Shown: piece by piece, positions 20,131 through 29,841 of the stretch
Layout of the letters: every line of letters begins with the position of its first letter
Numbering within the stretch: position 1 is the stretch's first letter
IMG/VR virus record: IMGVR_UViG_2675903691_000001
Span: 5,365-69,364 of that record
Source of the DNA: a virus
Lineage: Duplodnaviria; Caudoviricetes
Direction: 5' to 3' (one strand)
Length of the DNA: 64,000 bases
Position numbers and translations under genes: made by a program
The notes under the pieces: generated by a model
What the model saw: the letters and a program-made list of their open reading frames with translations, nothing else
The model's database searches: none
Told to the model about the DNA's origin: nothing

Positions 20131-22428
20131 TTACGCTTTCGATCCAGCGGGTTTCGGTTTCGCAGCGGCCTGAGCCTTAGTCGCCTGCACCTTGGCCTGA
20201 TTTATCTCTTCAGACTGCTTGAGTTGCAGCATTCCCTGGGCAGCCTGCTGGGCGAGCTGCAACTGGAACTCTTCTGCGGACTGCCGCATGTCCTGAACGT
20301 GGGCGTCCTGATCCTGCATCAGCTTCTGCTCGCCGCCGGCCTTGTTGAACAGCAACGAGAGTTGACCCTTCGCGGAGTCGGCGTCCAGCTTCTGGCGAGC
20401 CTGTTCGGCCTGCAGACCGGCCAACTGCAACTTGGCCTGCGACTCCTGCTGCTTCCCTTCGATCTCCAGTTGCTTGCCCTGCATCTCCAGTTGAGCCAGT
20501 TGCAGGTCCGCTTCGATCTTCGGATCGGGCTGAGGGGGCTGCGGAGGGGGGAACATGACGCCGCTGAGGTCGGTGTCGTGATAATCGCCCCACTTCTGCA
20601 TCAGTTCGTTGACCTGCGTGAAGTCCCCGGTCTGCGTGCCATACGCCTGCGCCACCGGCAGGAACAGCGACATGACCTGCTGGTAGTTCGCCACGTCCCG
20701 GTCACGGTTGGGCCGCCGGATCGAAGCCGCGGCAATCGAGTAGCCCATCTGCCGCATGACCGATTCGACGTCGCTGCTCATGACGTGCTGTTCCCACAGC
20801 ATCCGTCCCAACGGTCCCATCCGGGCCTCGACGTGTTCCCCAGTCACAAACTGCCGGGCCACCATCGCCTCGACCGCCGCCATCTCCGACTGCCAGGCGA
20901 CCACCTGATTCTGCATGAACTCCGGTCGAGCCCCGACAGCGCGAGACCGGGCGGCCGTTGCTTCTGCCGTGCGGTCCTGCGTGCCGTTCTCATTGCGACC
21001 GTACGCGCTCTCGGTCATACCCGTTCGTTTCTCGAACAACTCCTCAGCAAGTTCAACGATCCTCCATGCGTCCTCCCGAGTCTCAGGTTGCTGAAGGACC
21101 ATGACCTTTTCGCGGATATCAGTAATTCCCGCTGGAACCGGAATGACGACCTGATCTTTTCCTTCCTCAAGATATTTCTTGAAGTCATCCAAGTGCGGGC
21201 CTGCCACTGCCCAGAAGTCGCGGCAACTTGACCAGATGCGATTCGAAAGCCATGGCACCATGAAATTGATGAACTTCAATTCCCCCATTGCCGGTGCCAG
21301 AGGCGGAATCGGCCAGGCGGAGTCCGGGTCGGGGTAGAAGTCCAGCAGTTGCACCGGCCAGCGGTCATCCTGCCAGAGCGGGATCGGCCAACTGAACATC
21401 TCCTTGATCTCGGCATCCGTTGCACCCGGATTGTTCGGTCCGCTGGGTCGAAACGCCGCCGTCGGGCAGTTCAGCGGGTACGGCACATTCGCCGCGATCG
21501 CCAGATAGGCGTACTTCCCCACGACGTCGTCGAGGTGATTGCGGACGGAGTCGGGCATCCCGGTCATTCGCGCGCCGACGCCGCACTTGCTGAAGATTTC
21601 ATACCAGACGACCAGATCGTTCGTCTGGCCGTTCGCCCGGTGCATGTTGGCGGTGCCGTCCTGCGTCTGCACTTCCGCATAGTGCCAGCAGCTTTCGAGA
21701 CTCGCCCGACCCTTGAGTGACCCCGCCGGCAGTTCGAAGCGTTCTTCCAATGAGCGGTAATCGTCAACGTGCCGAATGGCGATGAACTTCGCCTGGCCGA
21801 TCTTCTTGAAGTCCGGGTCAATCAGCAGGTTCTCGGGTTCCTCGCGGAAGCAGCCGGTCAGGACGCGGCCAGAGCCTGGCATGATGTAAGGCCGGGTCGT
21901 CATCACTCCGCGGCCCTTGATGAGGGCGTCCAGGAGCGACATCCACGAGTGACCAGAGAGGCCGCCTTCGGGGAGTTCCCCAGGCGTGTAATTCAGCCAA
22001 TCCTGCAACAGCATCGCCACAATCTCATTATTGTTGTCTGCTTGCTGCTGTTGCTGCATCAGGGACTGCACATACATCTGCGACATCGGGTCTTGCGGCA
22101 GCATCTCGGGCGAGATCGCCAGCGGTCGCTTCGGCTCGACGGTTCTGTAGGGGACGTTCCAGAACAGGTTCGGCGCCATGATGGCGACGTACTCGAACGC
22201 CTTGTTGATCGAAATCCGGAACCGGGGGGCTTCGACACCCTTCCAGAACTTGCGGGAGTAGTCGGGGTTCCACATCGCGGCGGCCGACTTCGAGTAGAAC
22301 ATCATGCACTCGTCCGCCAGCTCCTTCCAGTGCTTGCGGGACTTGTGCGCGGCCTCGATCTTGGTCAGCCAGCTTGTCGTCAGCGGGCGAAGAAACTCGT
22401 AGTCCGAGTTGAAGAGATTGGAGTCCAT
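20131..22428 (-). CDS. Portal protein (P22/podovirus-like)
   Basis: 765 aa downstream of TerL; helical, with long Q/E-rich C-terminal coiled-coil barrel. Confidence 0.85.
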   Translation of the reverse strand: MDSNLFNSDYEFLRPLTTSWLTKIEAAHKSRKHWKELADECMMFYSKSAAAMWNPDYSRKFWKGVEAPRFRISINKAFEYVAIMAPNLFWNVPYRTVEPKRPLAISPEMLPQDPMSQMYVQSLMQQQQQADNNNEIVAMLLQDWLNYTPGELPEGGLSGHSWMSLLDALIKGRGVMTTRPYIMPGSGRVLTGCFREEPENLLIDPDFKKIGQAKFIAIRHVDDYRSLEERFELPAGSLKGRASLESCWHYAEVQTQDGTANMHRANGQTNDLVVWYEIFSKCGVGARMTGMPDSVRNHLDDVVGKYAYLAIAANVPYPLNCPTAAFRPSGPNNPGATDAEIKEMFSWPIPLWQDDRWPVQLLDFYPDPDSAWPIPPLAPAMGELKFINFMVPWLSNRIWSSCRDFWAVAGPHLDDFKKYLEEGKDQVVIPVPAGITDIREKVMVLQQPETREDAWRIVELAEELFEKRTGMTESAYGRNENGTQDRTAEATAARSRAVGARPEFMQNQVVAWQSEMAAVEAMVARQFVTGEHVEARMGPLGRMLWEQHVMSSDVESVMRQMGYSIAAASIRRPNRDRDVANYQQVMSLFLPVAQAYGTQTGDFTQVNELMQKWGDYHDTDLSGVMFPPPQPPQPDPKIEADLQLAQLEMQGKQLEIEGKQQESQAKLQLAGLQAEQARQKLDADSAKGQLSLLFNKAGGEQKLMQDQDAHVQDMRQSAEEFQLQLAQQAAQGMLQLKQSEEINQAKVQATKAQAAAKPKPAGSKA

Positions 22429-22473
22429 CGTCCGTCCTTGCTGGTCGCAGTGTTGCTACACGATGCTACAGAC

Positions 22474-22500
22474 AAAAAGCCGCCCCGGAAAGAGGCGGCT
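22474..22500 (-). terminator. Intrinsic terminator
   Basis: AGCCGCC/GGCGGCT stem plus U tract on minus strand. Confidence 0.7.
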
Positions 22501-22527
22501 GGCGGAAGGTGGGTGTGGCGGCGGACT

Positions 22528-22998
22528 TCAGGCGGTGGGCGGCGGGCTGCTGGGAGACTGCCCACCGGATTCGAGTTCCTTCCGCTTCTGAGCCGCTTCG
22601 GCTTGGCGCTGCTGTTCATCGAGCAGATCCTGGTGGCGACGTGCCAGCAGGCGTTCGTGATAAACGTAATGCGCTTTGGCGGGACTTTTGCCGTCCGGGT
22701 AGGCCCAGACTCCGCACTGCTGTTTGACGCTCAGCGGCGAAGTGCCCTGCATAATCGGGTCATCTTTGTAATACACGCCCTGTTTGTGAATCGGCATTCC
22801 CCGCGGAGGAAGGATCGTCAAAGTGACCCGGCCAGGGGCCTCGATCTTGGTCACAATAGCGGCCTGCTGGTTCTCAGACTCAACCTTCCCTTTGGCATAC
22901 CAGACGACGGACGTACTGATGGGCGGCGTTGGTAGTGGGCTGCCCATGTCATCTTTGACTTTCCTGATTTGCATGGGAATCGACGTGTTCATAAACAT
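22528..22998 (-). CDS. Hypothetical protein between TerL and portal
   Basis: AGGAG RBS before ATG 22998. Confidence 0.7.
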   Translation of the reverse strand: MFMNTSIPMQIRKVKDDMGSPLPTPPISTSVVWYAKGKVESENQQAAIVTKIEAPGRVTLTILPPRGMPIHKQGVYYKDDPIMQGTSPLSVKQQCGVWAYPDGKSPAKAHYVYHERLLARRHQDLLDEQQRQAEAAQKRKELESGGQSPSSPPPTA

Positions 22999-23055
22999 TG
23001 CTCCTGAACTGTGAGAGGGTTGTGGCAATCTTCAGACTGTAGCACCGTTGCATCC

Positions 23056-25368
23056 TCAGACGGAAGAGTTTCCCATTCCCCAGTGAACATATCCCGACTG
23101 GGTATTGGTCTGTTTCGCCAGAATCTCTCTCGCCTTAATGAGCGCCCGACTGGCCTGCCCGGCGTACTGCGCGGGGTCGACGTAGGCGTAGCCGCCCTGA
23201 AATGCGAGATCGATGTAAGCCGCGAAATACTCGAAACTTTGCATTAAATCGTGGATGCGGGGATTCGCCGGTTCGTCCAGCAACTGCATGTCCCCGTCGC
23301 GGTTGAGCGTCTTTTTGCGGTAGGTGTTGAACTCCCGCTGGGTCTCGTAGGTGGTGTGTTCGATGAACACGACTTGCGGCATTCCGGTGTCCTGCACCGT
23401 CATCAGTCGCCGTACCGCTCGCTGCCGCGTCACCGGCACTTTGCAACCGGGAACAAAGCCGTTGATCGTCTGCCGGCTCCGCAACCCCTTCGCACGAAAC
23501 TCGGCTTCGTAGGCTTCAAACACGGTGTCGTCGCGCGCCGTGTTCGTCTGTTTCCCGATCTGCTGGTCCATGATGAACGCCTCGTAATTGAGGCCAGACA
23601 TCCGCTCAGCCAGCTCCGGCGCCGTCGTCTTGGCGCTGGCCTGTCGCAGCACGAGTTCCCATTCGCAGATCGCCAGGTTTCCCATCGCGACCCCTTCCCA
23701 CTCGGGAGGCGGAATCACCCAACTGTGAATGCCGGATCGGGTGTGCGACGGGTCGATGCTCAAGTAGCGGGTCCACTCTCGAGGAAGCCGGCCCATCTTC
23801 GTCAGCATGGTTTGCAAGTGCTGCCGGACGGTGGAACCGATGTTTTCCTCTTTGTCTTTCGGTCGCTTGATGAGGTGAATCCGGGAGTTGAAGTCGTACA
23901 TGCTGAGCATGTCGAGCATCATTTCCCCACGGTCGCGGCGGGCGATTTCATCGTCCGACCCCATGCGCCCCAGCGACTGCTCTTTCCCCTTCGTCGTGAG
24001 GAACGGGTTCTGAGTCATCACGAGTTGATGCACCTGAATCTGCGGCTTCTCGTCGGTGACGCATTGCCCGGCCCGGTCGATCAGGTCGATCAACGCGTTG
24101 TTCTTCGTGTGCGGCCAGACCGACCACATGAACCAGCCTTCCATGTCGGTCAGGCGGTCCTGCCACTCCTTCAGGTGCGCGGCGAACTGAATATCTTCGT
24201 CGATCCAGATCCCGCTGACCGCTTCCCCCTGCTTCGGGCTCTTGGCGGAACTCGGCCAGTAGTACAGGATGAAACCGTTGTTCGACTCGAACGTCTTGAA
24301 CTGGTAGCTCTTTTTCTCTTCCCAGGAAAAACTCTCGTCCTCATCCCCCTTCCAGAACCGCTTCGGAATCAGGGGCTCGGTCAACTGGGACTCGGCGAAC
24401 CGCTCTGCATCCTCCGGGTCGGCTCGGTTCCAGATCCGCCACTCGCCGGTCTTCAGGTCGCGGATGCCACGCAGCGTCCCGCCCATGCCGCGTTGAAACA
24501 GCAGGCGGTGAATCGTGGCCGCGTGCGAAGAGTCCCAGCCGATGATCCAGAATTGGCGGGGGTTGCCCGTGGTGCTGACGGGATACTTGAGCGGGATTGG
24601 GTGCCCGTCTGCTGTCGTAATCGAGACGCCCAGCACTCGCGATGCGAACTCCATCGCTGCAGCGACCGATTTGCCGCTGTTTGCGTTGACGACCGCAGAG
24701 TAATAATTGTCGTAGCCGGGGACTTCGATGTCGTAAACGACGTCTCGCCGAAGGAATGTAACTCCAGTGATGTGCTTGGTTGCACTGCTCGCTGGGATGT
24801 GAAATCTGGCTGGGTGCTGTTCTGTAAAGTATCCCAGATCGAACACCGAAGGGGCCGACTCGGCAGATGTACCGCTCTCTGGCGACGGCACGTCTGGAGC
24901 GATCGATTTGCCAGTGGCGACCAGTTCGAGCGCTGGTGAGTGCAAACAAGCTCTATCAGCGAAAGCATCTCGAATTGAGATCCACTTGCCGTCGCTTCCT
25001 ACGACGCGGTGTTCCAGGGTCGTCACCAATGACGTGCCGTCGCTGAATTCGACCCTGTAAAGATCGTCCGTTCCTTTTGTGAACGGGCGCAATGCCCCTG
25101 CTTTATCAAGCAAGCCGGTGCTGGGATTCAGTGCGAACACCACGAAATCTGTGTCGATCTCACCAATTGGCCGCCATTCGTCGCGGTCGGCGTCGTAGAT
25201 CGGCTGCTCTGCGCCCAAGCACCGCTTTCCGCCCTTGAGGACCAGTTCAGGAGACAACGACTCATGAAATGGAAGCTGCAAAGCACTGGGTCGATAGAGG
25301 TTCAACGCTTCGAGCGCCAGTCGCTCTTTCGCCTTGCTCAGCTTCGCCCAGCGGTCTGCGCTAGTCAC
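23056..25368 (-). CDS. terL: Terminase large subunit, intein-containing
   Basis: Walker A GGKR|SGKS split by intein; Walker B GIWIDE; C-terminal RuvC-like nuclease YLSIDP. Confidence 0.92.
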   Translation of the reverse strand: MTSADRWAKLSKAKERLALEALNLYRPSALQLPFHESLSPELVLKGGKRCLGAEQPIYDADRDEWRPIGEIDTDFVVFALNPSTGLLDKAGALRPFTKGTDDLYRVEFSDGTSLVTTLEHRVVGSDGKWISIRDAFADRACLHSPALELVATGKSIAPDVPSPESGTSAESAPSVFDLGYFTEQHPARFHIPASSATKHITGVTFLRRDVVYDIEVPGYDNYYSAVVNANSGKSVAAAMEFASRVLGVSITTADGHPIPLKYPVSTTGNPRQFWIIGWDSSHAATIHRLLFQRGMGGTLRGIRDLKTGEWRIWNRADPEDAERFAESQLTEPLIPKRFWKGDEDESFSWEEKKSYQFKTFESNNGFILYYWPSSAKSPKQGEAVSGIWIDEDIQFAAHLKEWQDRLTDMEGWFMWSVWPHTKNNALIDLIDRAGQCVTDEKPQIQVHQLVMTQNPFLTTKGKEQSLGRMGSDDEIARRDRGEMMLDMLSMYDFNSRIHLIKRPKDKEENIGSTVRQHLQTMLTKMGRLPREWTRYLSIDPSHTRSGIHSWVIPPPEWEGVAMGNLAICEWELVLRQASAKTTAPELAERMSGLNYEAFIMDQQIGKQTNTARDDTVFEAYEAEFRAKGLRSRQTINGFVPGCKVPVTRQRAVRRLMTVQDTGMPQVVFIEHTTYETQREFNTYRKKTLNRDGDMQLLDEPANPRIHDLMQSFEYFAAYIDLAFQGGYAYVDPAQYAGQASRALIKAREILAKQTNTQSGYVHWGMGNSSV
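24679..25221 (-). mobile_element. Mini-intein (181 aa, no homing endonuclease) in TerL Walker A
   Basis: Starts CLGAE; block B TTLEHRV; block F VYDIEVPGYDNY; ends VNAN followed by Ser+1. Confidence 0.9.
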
Positions 25369-26035
25369 GTTTCTTCGCCTCCCGGATCGGGAAGTCGACG
25401 GCGTCGATCTGATCGATGATCGTGTCGCCTGGCGGTGGCAGCATCGCGTCTTTCTTCAGCAGGCCAGCATCACGCAGCACCTGCTCGAACATATCCTGAC
25501 CGATCGAATCTTTGAGCAATTGGATCGCCGCCAGCTTCTGCTCGCGCTCGATCTGCTCCAGGCTCATCTTGTCGACGTCTTCCTGGTGCTTGTTCTGATT
25601 GGCGATCGCGATCAGCTTGAAGATGCCGCCGATGTGATTCAGAACGCCGACCGACCAGCCCTTCTTCTCGACGACGGCGTCCAGTCCGACCTTCCAGTAA
25701 TTCACGAACAGCGGCATGGAGCCGAAACTAGAGACGATCTGCGCGACCAGTTCTTCAGTCTTTGGGAGTTTGTTGATCCCGCCCGTGCGAGACTCGATCA
25801 CCAGCAGATCCATGAACTCGGCAGCCTTCTCCTCCGCCTTCGCTCGGGAGACCTTCAGGCTCTGAGTCTCGGCGCAATTGGCGCACATGCCGTCCCGCCG
25901 ATCACCAAACGCGGCAATCGGCAGGACTTGCTTGCAGCCGTAGCACATGATCTTGCCGAAAGCGTCCGGAACGAGATCCGGTCGGCTCTTGATCTCGTCA
26001 AACGGACTCGGCGGTTTTGCTTTCTTGCGCGGCAT
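25361..26035 (-). CDS. Putative terminase small subunit with N-terminal CxxC-CxxC zinc motif
   Basis: Immediately upstream of and overlapping TerL; CYGC...CANC then helical domain. Confidence 0.55.
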   Translation of the reverse strand: MPRKKAKPPSPFDEIKSRPDLVPDAFGKIMCYGCKQVLPIAAFGDRRDGMCANCAETQSLKVSRAKAEEKAAEFMDLLVIESRTGGINKLPKTEELVAQIVSSFGSMPLFVNYWKVGLDAVVEKKGWSVGVLNHIGGIFKLIAIANQNKHQEDVDKMSLEQIEREQKLAAIQLLKDSIGQDMFEQVLRDAGLLKKDAMLPPPGDTIIDQIDAVDFPIREAKKRD

Positions 26036-27614
26036 CGGCTGCGCCTCCTTCCATGAATCGCAGATAATCGGCCATTGAGAAAGCTGAAAACATTTCTCCT
26101 ACGGTCGTCTTCAGGTCGTTTGGATACGAATTCCACTCGGGGCCTTTTGCCTTCAGCCACGACAAAATCAGATGTCCGCGCGGAGACAAATGCCTGCTCC
26201 ATGAGTGAATCGCGTCGATTGCGTCCGAGAACGCAGCGATTCCCAGTAACAGGATCAGGTCAACATCTTGCCGATCAGGGAAAGTGTTGGCCGTATTGAG
26301 CGTGTCGCCATCAATCACTCTCACGCTGGTATCGACCAGTTCACCGATATTTCCAACGAATCGCTGCAACGAGGCATCATCCCACTCGTCAATGCAGAAG
26401 ATATTACCGCCATCTGGTCCCATCTTTTCGGCAAGAGCCCAGACCACATCACCATCGCCGGCTCCCACGACTATGACTCGATACAACTGCTGAGTGTTGC
26501 GACTAACATGCTGGCGTATCGCTTCGAGCGATTCTTCCGGAAACACAGTCCCAATGGTTGTTATCTTCCGCCCGTACAGCATTCGACTCTGCAAATTCCA
26601 CGGGCGTTCGCGACCCTCCGGTGGCTCCTCGACCAGAGGTTCCGGTCGCACCTGTCGCTCCGGCTTGACGTCGGCGAAGTTCAGCTCCCGCAGTTCATCG
26701 CCGCCGCCCAGGTTGTTGTGAACCGCCTCGATGTAGGTCTCGCTGATCTGCGTCATCGAGATCGGCTCTGGCATCCCGACGCACTTCGGCTTCAGGTGTC
26801 CGGCCCAGGCGTCCCAGTTACAGAAGACGACGGGCTCACCGAACTTCTTAATCCCCGCCATCTGGATCTCGCGGGTGTTCGTCACGTCCTCCGTGCTGGC
26901 CTTCTGCGTCTGATACTGGTCGGTGAACTCGTAGAAGAACCAGCTTTTCATCCGCAGCAGACGCAGCGCCCGTTCCTGCGAGATCTCCCCTTTCGCGTAG
27001 CCATCCAGCACCTGACCATCCGACATCTCGCCAATCGGCATCAGGCGGAAGGCGTCCGTCGAGTAGAGAATGACGCCTGTCGGGCCGGCCGCGATCTCCT
27101 GAATCCCCCGCATCTGAGAAGCGGTCAGGCGGTCATAAGCCTTGAAGTGAAAGGCATTCTCCAGTCGCCCGGTCTCGTAGTCGGCGGCGTAGAACACATA
27201 GACGTTCTCTTCGCCCCCGCCTGTCGGATGCGGTGGAGGACCGCAGTAGGGGGAGCAAACGACAGTCGGCAGTCCCCGGCACGCCCGTTCGTAGAGGAAG
27301 TCGAACGACGTCTTCCAGAACGGCTTCGCCCAGTCCTTCTTGCCGTCGTACAGGTCCGGCTGGTTGTCCGAGTCCAGCATCAAGATCACGTCAAAGCCGT
27401 TGTCCATCGCCTTCTTGACGACCTCGTTCCGAGCCATCGTCAGCGGGATATCTCCAGCTTTCGTCACTGCGACGCGGTCGATCCGGGGGTCTTCCGCCAG
27501 CTCTTTGTTGAGTTTCGCCAGCCAGAAGGCGATCTCGGGAATGACAGTCGCCACTCCGCCGTTGCCCGCAAAGCAGTACATCGCCACCAGAACATTCAGC
27601 TTCATCGGGACCAT
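25998..27614 (-). CDS. GT-A glycosyltransferase fused to class I SAM methyltransferase
   Basis: LTMARNEVV...ILMLDSD (DxD) N-terminal; VVGAGDG and CIDEW C-terminal. Confidence 0.75.
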   Translation of the reverse strand: MVPMKLNVLVAMYCFAGNGGVATVIPEIAFWLAKLNKELAEDPRIDRVAVTKAGDIPLTMARNEVVKKAMDNGFDVILMLDSDNQPDLYDGKKDWAKPFWKTSFDFLYERACRGLPTVVCSPYCGPPPHPTGGGEENVYVFYAADYETGRLENAFHFKAYDRLTASQMRGIQEIAAGPTGVILYSTDAFRLMPIGEMSDGQVLDGYAKGEISQERALRLLRMKSWFFYEFTDQYQTQKASTEDVTNTREIQMAGIKKFGEPVVFCNWDAWAGHLKPKCVGMPEPISMTQISETYIEAVHNNLGGGDELRELNFADVKPERQVRPEPLVEEPPEGRERPWNLQSRMLYGRKITTIGTVFPEESLEAIRQHVSRNTQQLYRVIVVGAGDGDVVWALAEKMGPDGGNIFCIDEWDDASLQRFVGNIGELVDTSVRVIDGDTLNTANTFPDRQDVDLILLLGIAAFSDAIDAIHSWSRHLSPRGHLILSWLKAKGPEWNSYPNDLKTTVGEMFSAFSMADYLRFMEGGAADAAQESKTAESV

Positions 27615-27692
27615 CAGGGTGTTCCTTGCAACATGAGGGAGGGTGTGGTGTTGCGTTCGAGAGTAGCAACGATATTTCCTTCAATCCAGCGC

Positions 27693-27734
27693 AATAAAGA
27701 ACCCCCGACGCCAGAGGGTTAGCGACGAGGGTTC
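27693..27734 (-). terminator. Intrinsic terminator (putative)
   Basis: GAACCC/GGGTTC stem followed by UUUAUU on minus strand. Confidence 0.5.
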
Positions 27735-27772
27735 CAGTCCGACCTGCATGGGACGGTCGCAGCAATGTCGAA

Positions 27773-27871
27773 TTACTTCTTCTTTTCGGGGGCTTTCGCC
27801 TTTGTTTTCGAGGCCTGAGACTTCGTTCCGGACTTCGCCGGAGCCGTCTTGCTTCCTGGTTTCGCAGCCAT
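27773..27871 (-). CDS. 32-aa Lys/Ala-rich basic peptide
   Basis: MAAKPGSKTAPAKSGTKSQASKTKAKAPEKKK with AGGA RBS. Confidence 0.6.
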   Translation of the reverse strand: MAAKPGSKTAPAKSGTKSQASKTKAKAPEKKK

Positions 27872-28014
27872 GTTCGTCGTTCCTTTTGAAGGGAGAGTTG
27901 TGAATACCGTTGCCACAGAATGTCGCAACAATGCTTCTCTATCAATACAAAAACGGCCTTCAGAAGAAAACTCTCCTGAAGGCCGCCACACCCTCCCCCC
28001 GCGGGAAGACTCAC

Positions 28015-28650
28015 TTATTTCAGAATCGCCAGATCGACCAGGATGTCCTGATTGGTCTGGGCGGTCGTCTTGGCGCTCATGGCCCGACCGAGATAGTTCA
28101 GCAGGTACTTCGCCTGCGTCCCATCGGTCGTGCCAGCGGCAGCGGAAGTCAGACCGGTCCAGGGAGCAACCCGGCCGGAAGTCGTCGCCTGGCTCGTGGC
28201 AGCCGTGAGAGCGGCCAGCACGTCCCCTTCCGCGATCGAGTTGTTCGCACCACCGGCGAGGTCGGTCTTCGTCAATGACGGGCCTTTGACGGCGATCCAG
28301 AATAGATCGTTGTTCGGAACGCCGGCAGCTGGCAGATGCTCGTCCACGACGCCCGCACATTCTTCGGCGGTCACGCTGCAGTAACCATCCACCCGCTTGC
28401 CGCGATAACCGGCCGCCCACTTCACCGTCCGCTTTGGCAGCAGGGCGATCCCCGAGACGTTGCGAACCAGGATACAGGTCACCCGGCGGTTGGACCGGCG
28501 AACCTTGGCCCCCGGCGCCTGACCGGGAGCGATGTCGTCGAAGTCGGCTCGGGCCCCTTCGACAAAGGCAGCGTCCGTTGACGCGATGGTACGGCCATCG
28601 CCGGACAGAAGCGTCTTGCCCCGCTTCGGCAGTGTCGTTGCATTTTCCAT
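28015..28650 (-). CDS. Capsid decoration/cement protein
   Basis: Follows MCP; CILVRNVSG...GVVDEHLP...DLFWIAVKGP pattern. Confidence 0.7.
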   Translation of the reverse strand: MENATTLPKRGKTLLSGDGRTIASTDAAFVEGARADFDDIAPGQAPGAKVRRSNRRVTCILVRNVSGIALLPKRTVKWAAGYRGKRVDGYCSVTAEECAGVVDEHLPAAGVPNNDLFWIAVKGPSLTKTDLAGGANNSIAEGDVLAALTAATSQATTSGRVAPWTGLTSAAAGTTDGTQAKYLLNYLGRAMSAKTTAQTNQDILVDLAILK

Positions 28651-28714
28651 GGCGTTTTCTCTCTCGTAACGGACGACGGGGTTTCTGGTCTATGAACAGC
28701 CTGAGCAACAGGGC

Positions 28715-29836
28715 TTAGGCGTACTTGAAGAGCTTGCCCACATGCTTGGGCCGATAACAGACGTTCCCCCAGAAACCAACTCCCCACAGGAAGCTCCAGG
28801 CGGTGCGGGCGTCTTCGTCTGGACCTTTCATCCAGAACAGTTCCGGCATCAGGCTTCGCAGCGTGATCTGGCTGACGTTCAGCAGATACCCGGTATTGGC
28901 CGGGCAGTCGAAGTCAGCGGAGATCGCACAACCGTCCTGATTCAGCACGTTGCCGGCGAAGCCGAGGTCGGAAGCGGCCTTGTGCGGAATACTGATCCGG
29001 CGAATCGCCTCTTCGTGGTTCTTGTAACCCTGGAAGAGATTGCTGCCGAGCAGGCAGATGTCCGGCATCCCGTCCGGGCCGCCGGTGGTGGTCAGCCAGG
29101 TGATCGCCTGGGAGATGACGCGCCAGCAATTGTCTTCCCACAGCGTGGAGCCGGTGCCCCAGCTATTGGCCGACCAGTTGATGAGCTTCGGCATCATGAA
29201 GTCGTATTCAGGATCGCCCTGCCCATCCGGCCAGTCGGTCGCCAGCGAGGCGTTCGGCGACGTGGTCAGTCCGTTGGACCAGCCCCCACCGTAGTTGCCG
29301 GCGACAGTCGAAAGCTGCGACAAACCGTAGGTGTCGCTGGGAGCGGCAATGCGGTCTGCGGCAGTCACGGTGCCAGCGCCGAGGAAGGTTTCGAGACCGT
29401 GCACTGCGTTTTCGCGACCGGTCGCCTCACCATCCTTGAAGAGTTCCGCGGAGAAGTTCTCCTGCACGGATTCCTTCAGGTTGTTGGTCTTGGACTGAAA
29501 CAGGTTGATGAGCTGTTCGTCGCCAGCGTTCATCGCATTCTGCTTCATACTGAGCGCGTCAGTCGCGACGTAGCCGCGCCAGTCATGCTCCAGTCGGCGG
29601 TAAGCGTCGTGGTTCGCGAAGTCCAGGACTCCGCCGTCGCCATAGGCTTCGACGGGCGGCTTCGAGTATTTCACCTGCCACTTGCAGGTTTCACCAGAGC
29701 AGTTCATTTCGATGCGGCCTTTGGCGCGAAGCATCGAGAGCAACAGGCGGCTGCGGATCGTTTCATCGACAAAGCCCTTGATGAACCGGGGCCGGGTCGT
29801 GTTGATAACGCCAATCCATTCCTGGGACATGGTCAT
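28715..29836 (-). CDS. Major capsid protein
   Basis: 373 aa after scaffold; N-terminal arm and HK97-like organisation. Confidence 0.85.
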   Translation of the reverse strand: MTMSQEWIGVINTTRPRFIKGFVDETIRSRLLLSMLRAKGRIEMNCSGETCKWQVKYSKPPVEAYGDGGVLDFANHDAYRRLEHDWRGYVATDALSMKQNAMNAGDEQLINLFQSKTNNLKESVQENFSAELFKDGEATGRENAVHGLETFLGAGTVTAADRIAAPSDTYGLSQLSTVAGNYGGGWSNGLTTSPNASLATDWPDGQGDPEYDFMMPKLINWSANSWGTGSTLWEDNCWRVISQAITWLTTTGGPDGMPDICLLGSNLFQGYKNHEEAIRRISIPHKAASDLGFAGNVLNQDGCAISADFDCPANTGYLLNVSQITLRSLMPELFWMKGPDEDARTAWSFLWGVGFWGNVCYRPKHVGKLFKYA

Positions 29837-29841
29837 TCACC

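Noticed and set aside
24679-25221. Homing endonuclease in the intein
   Set aside because: Too short; no LAGLIDADG or HNH motifs.
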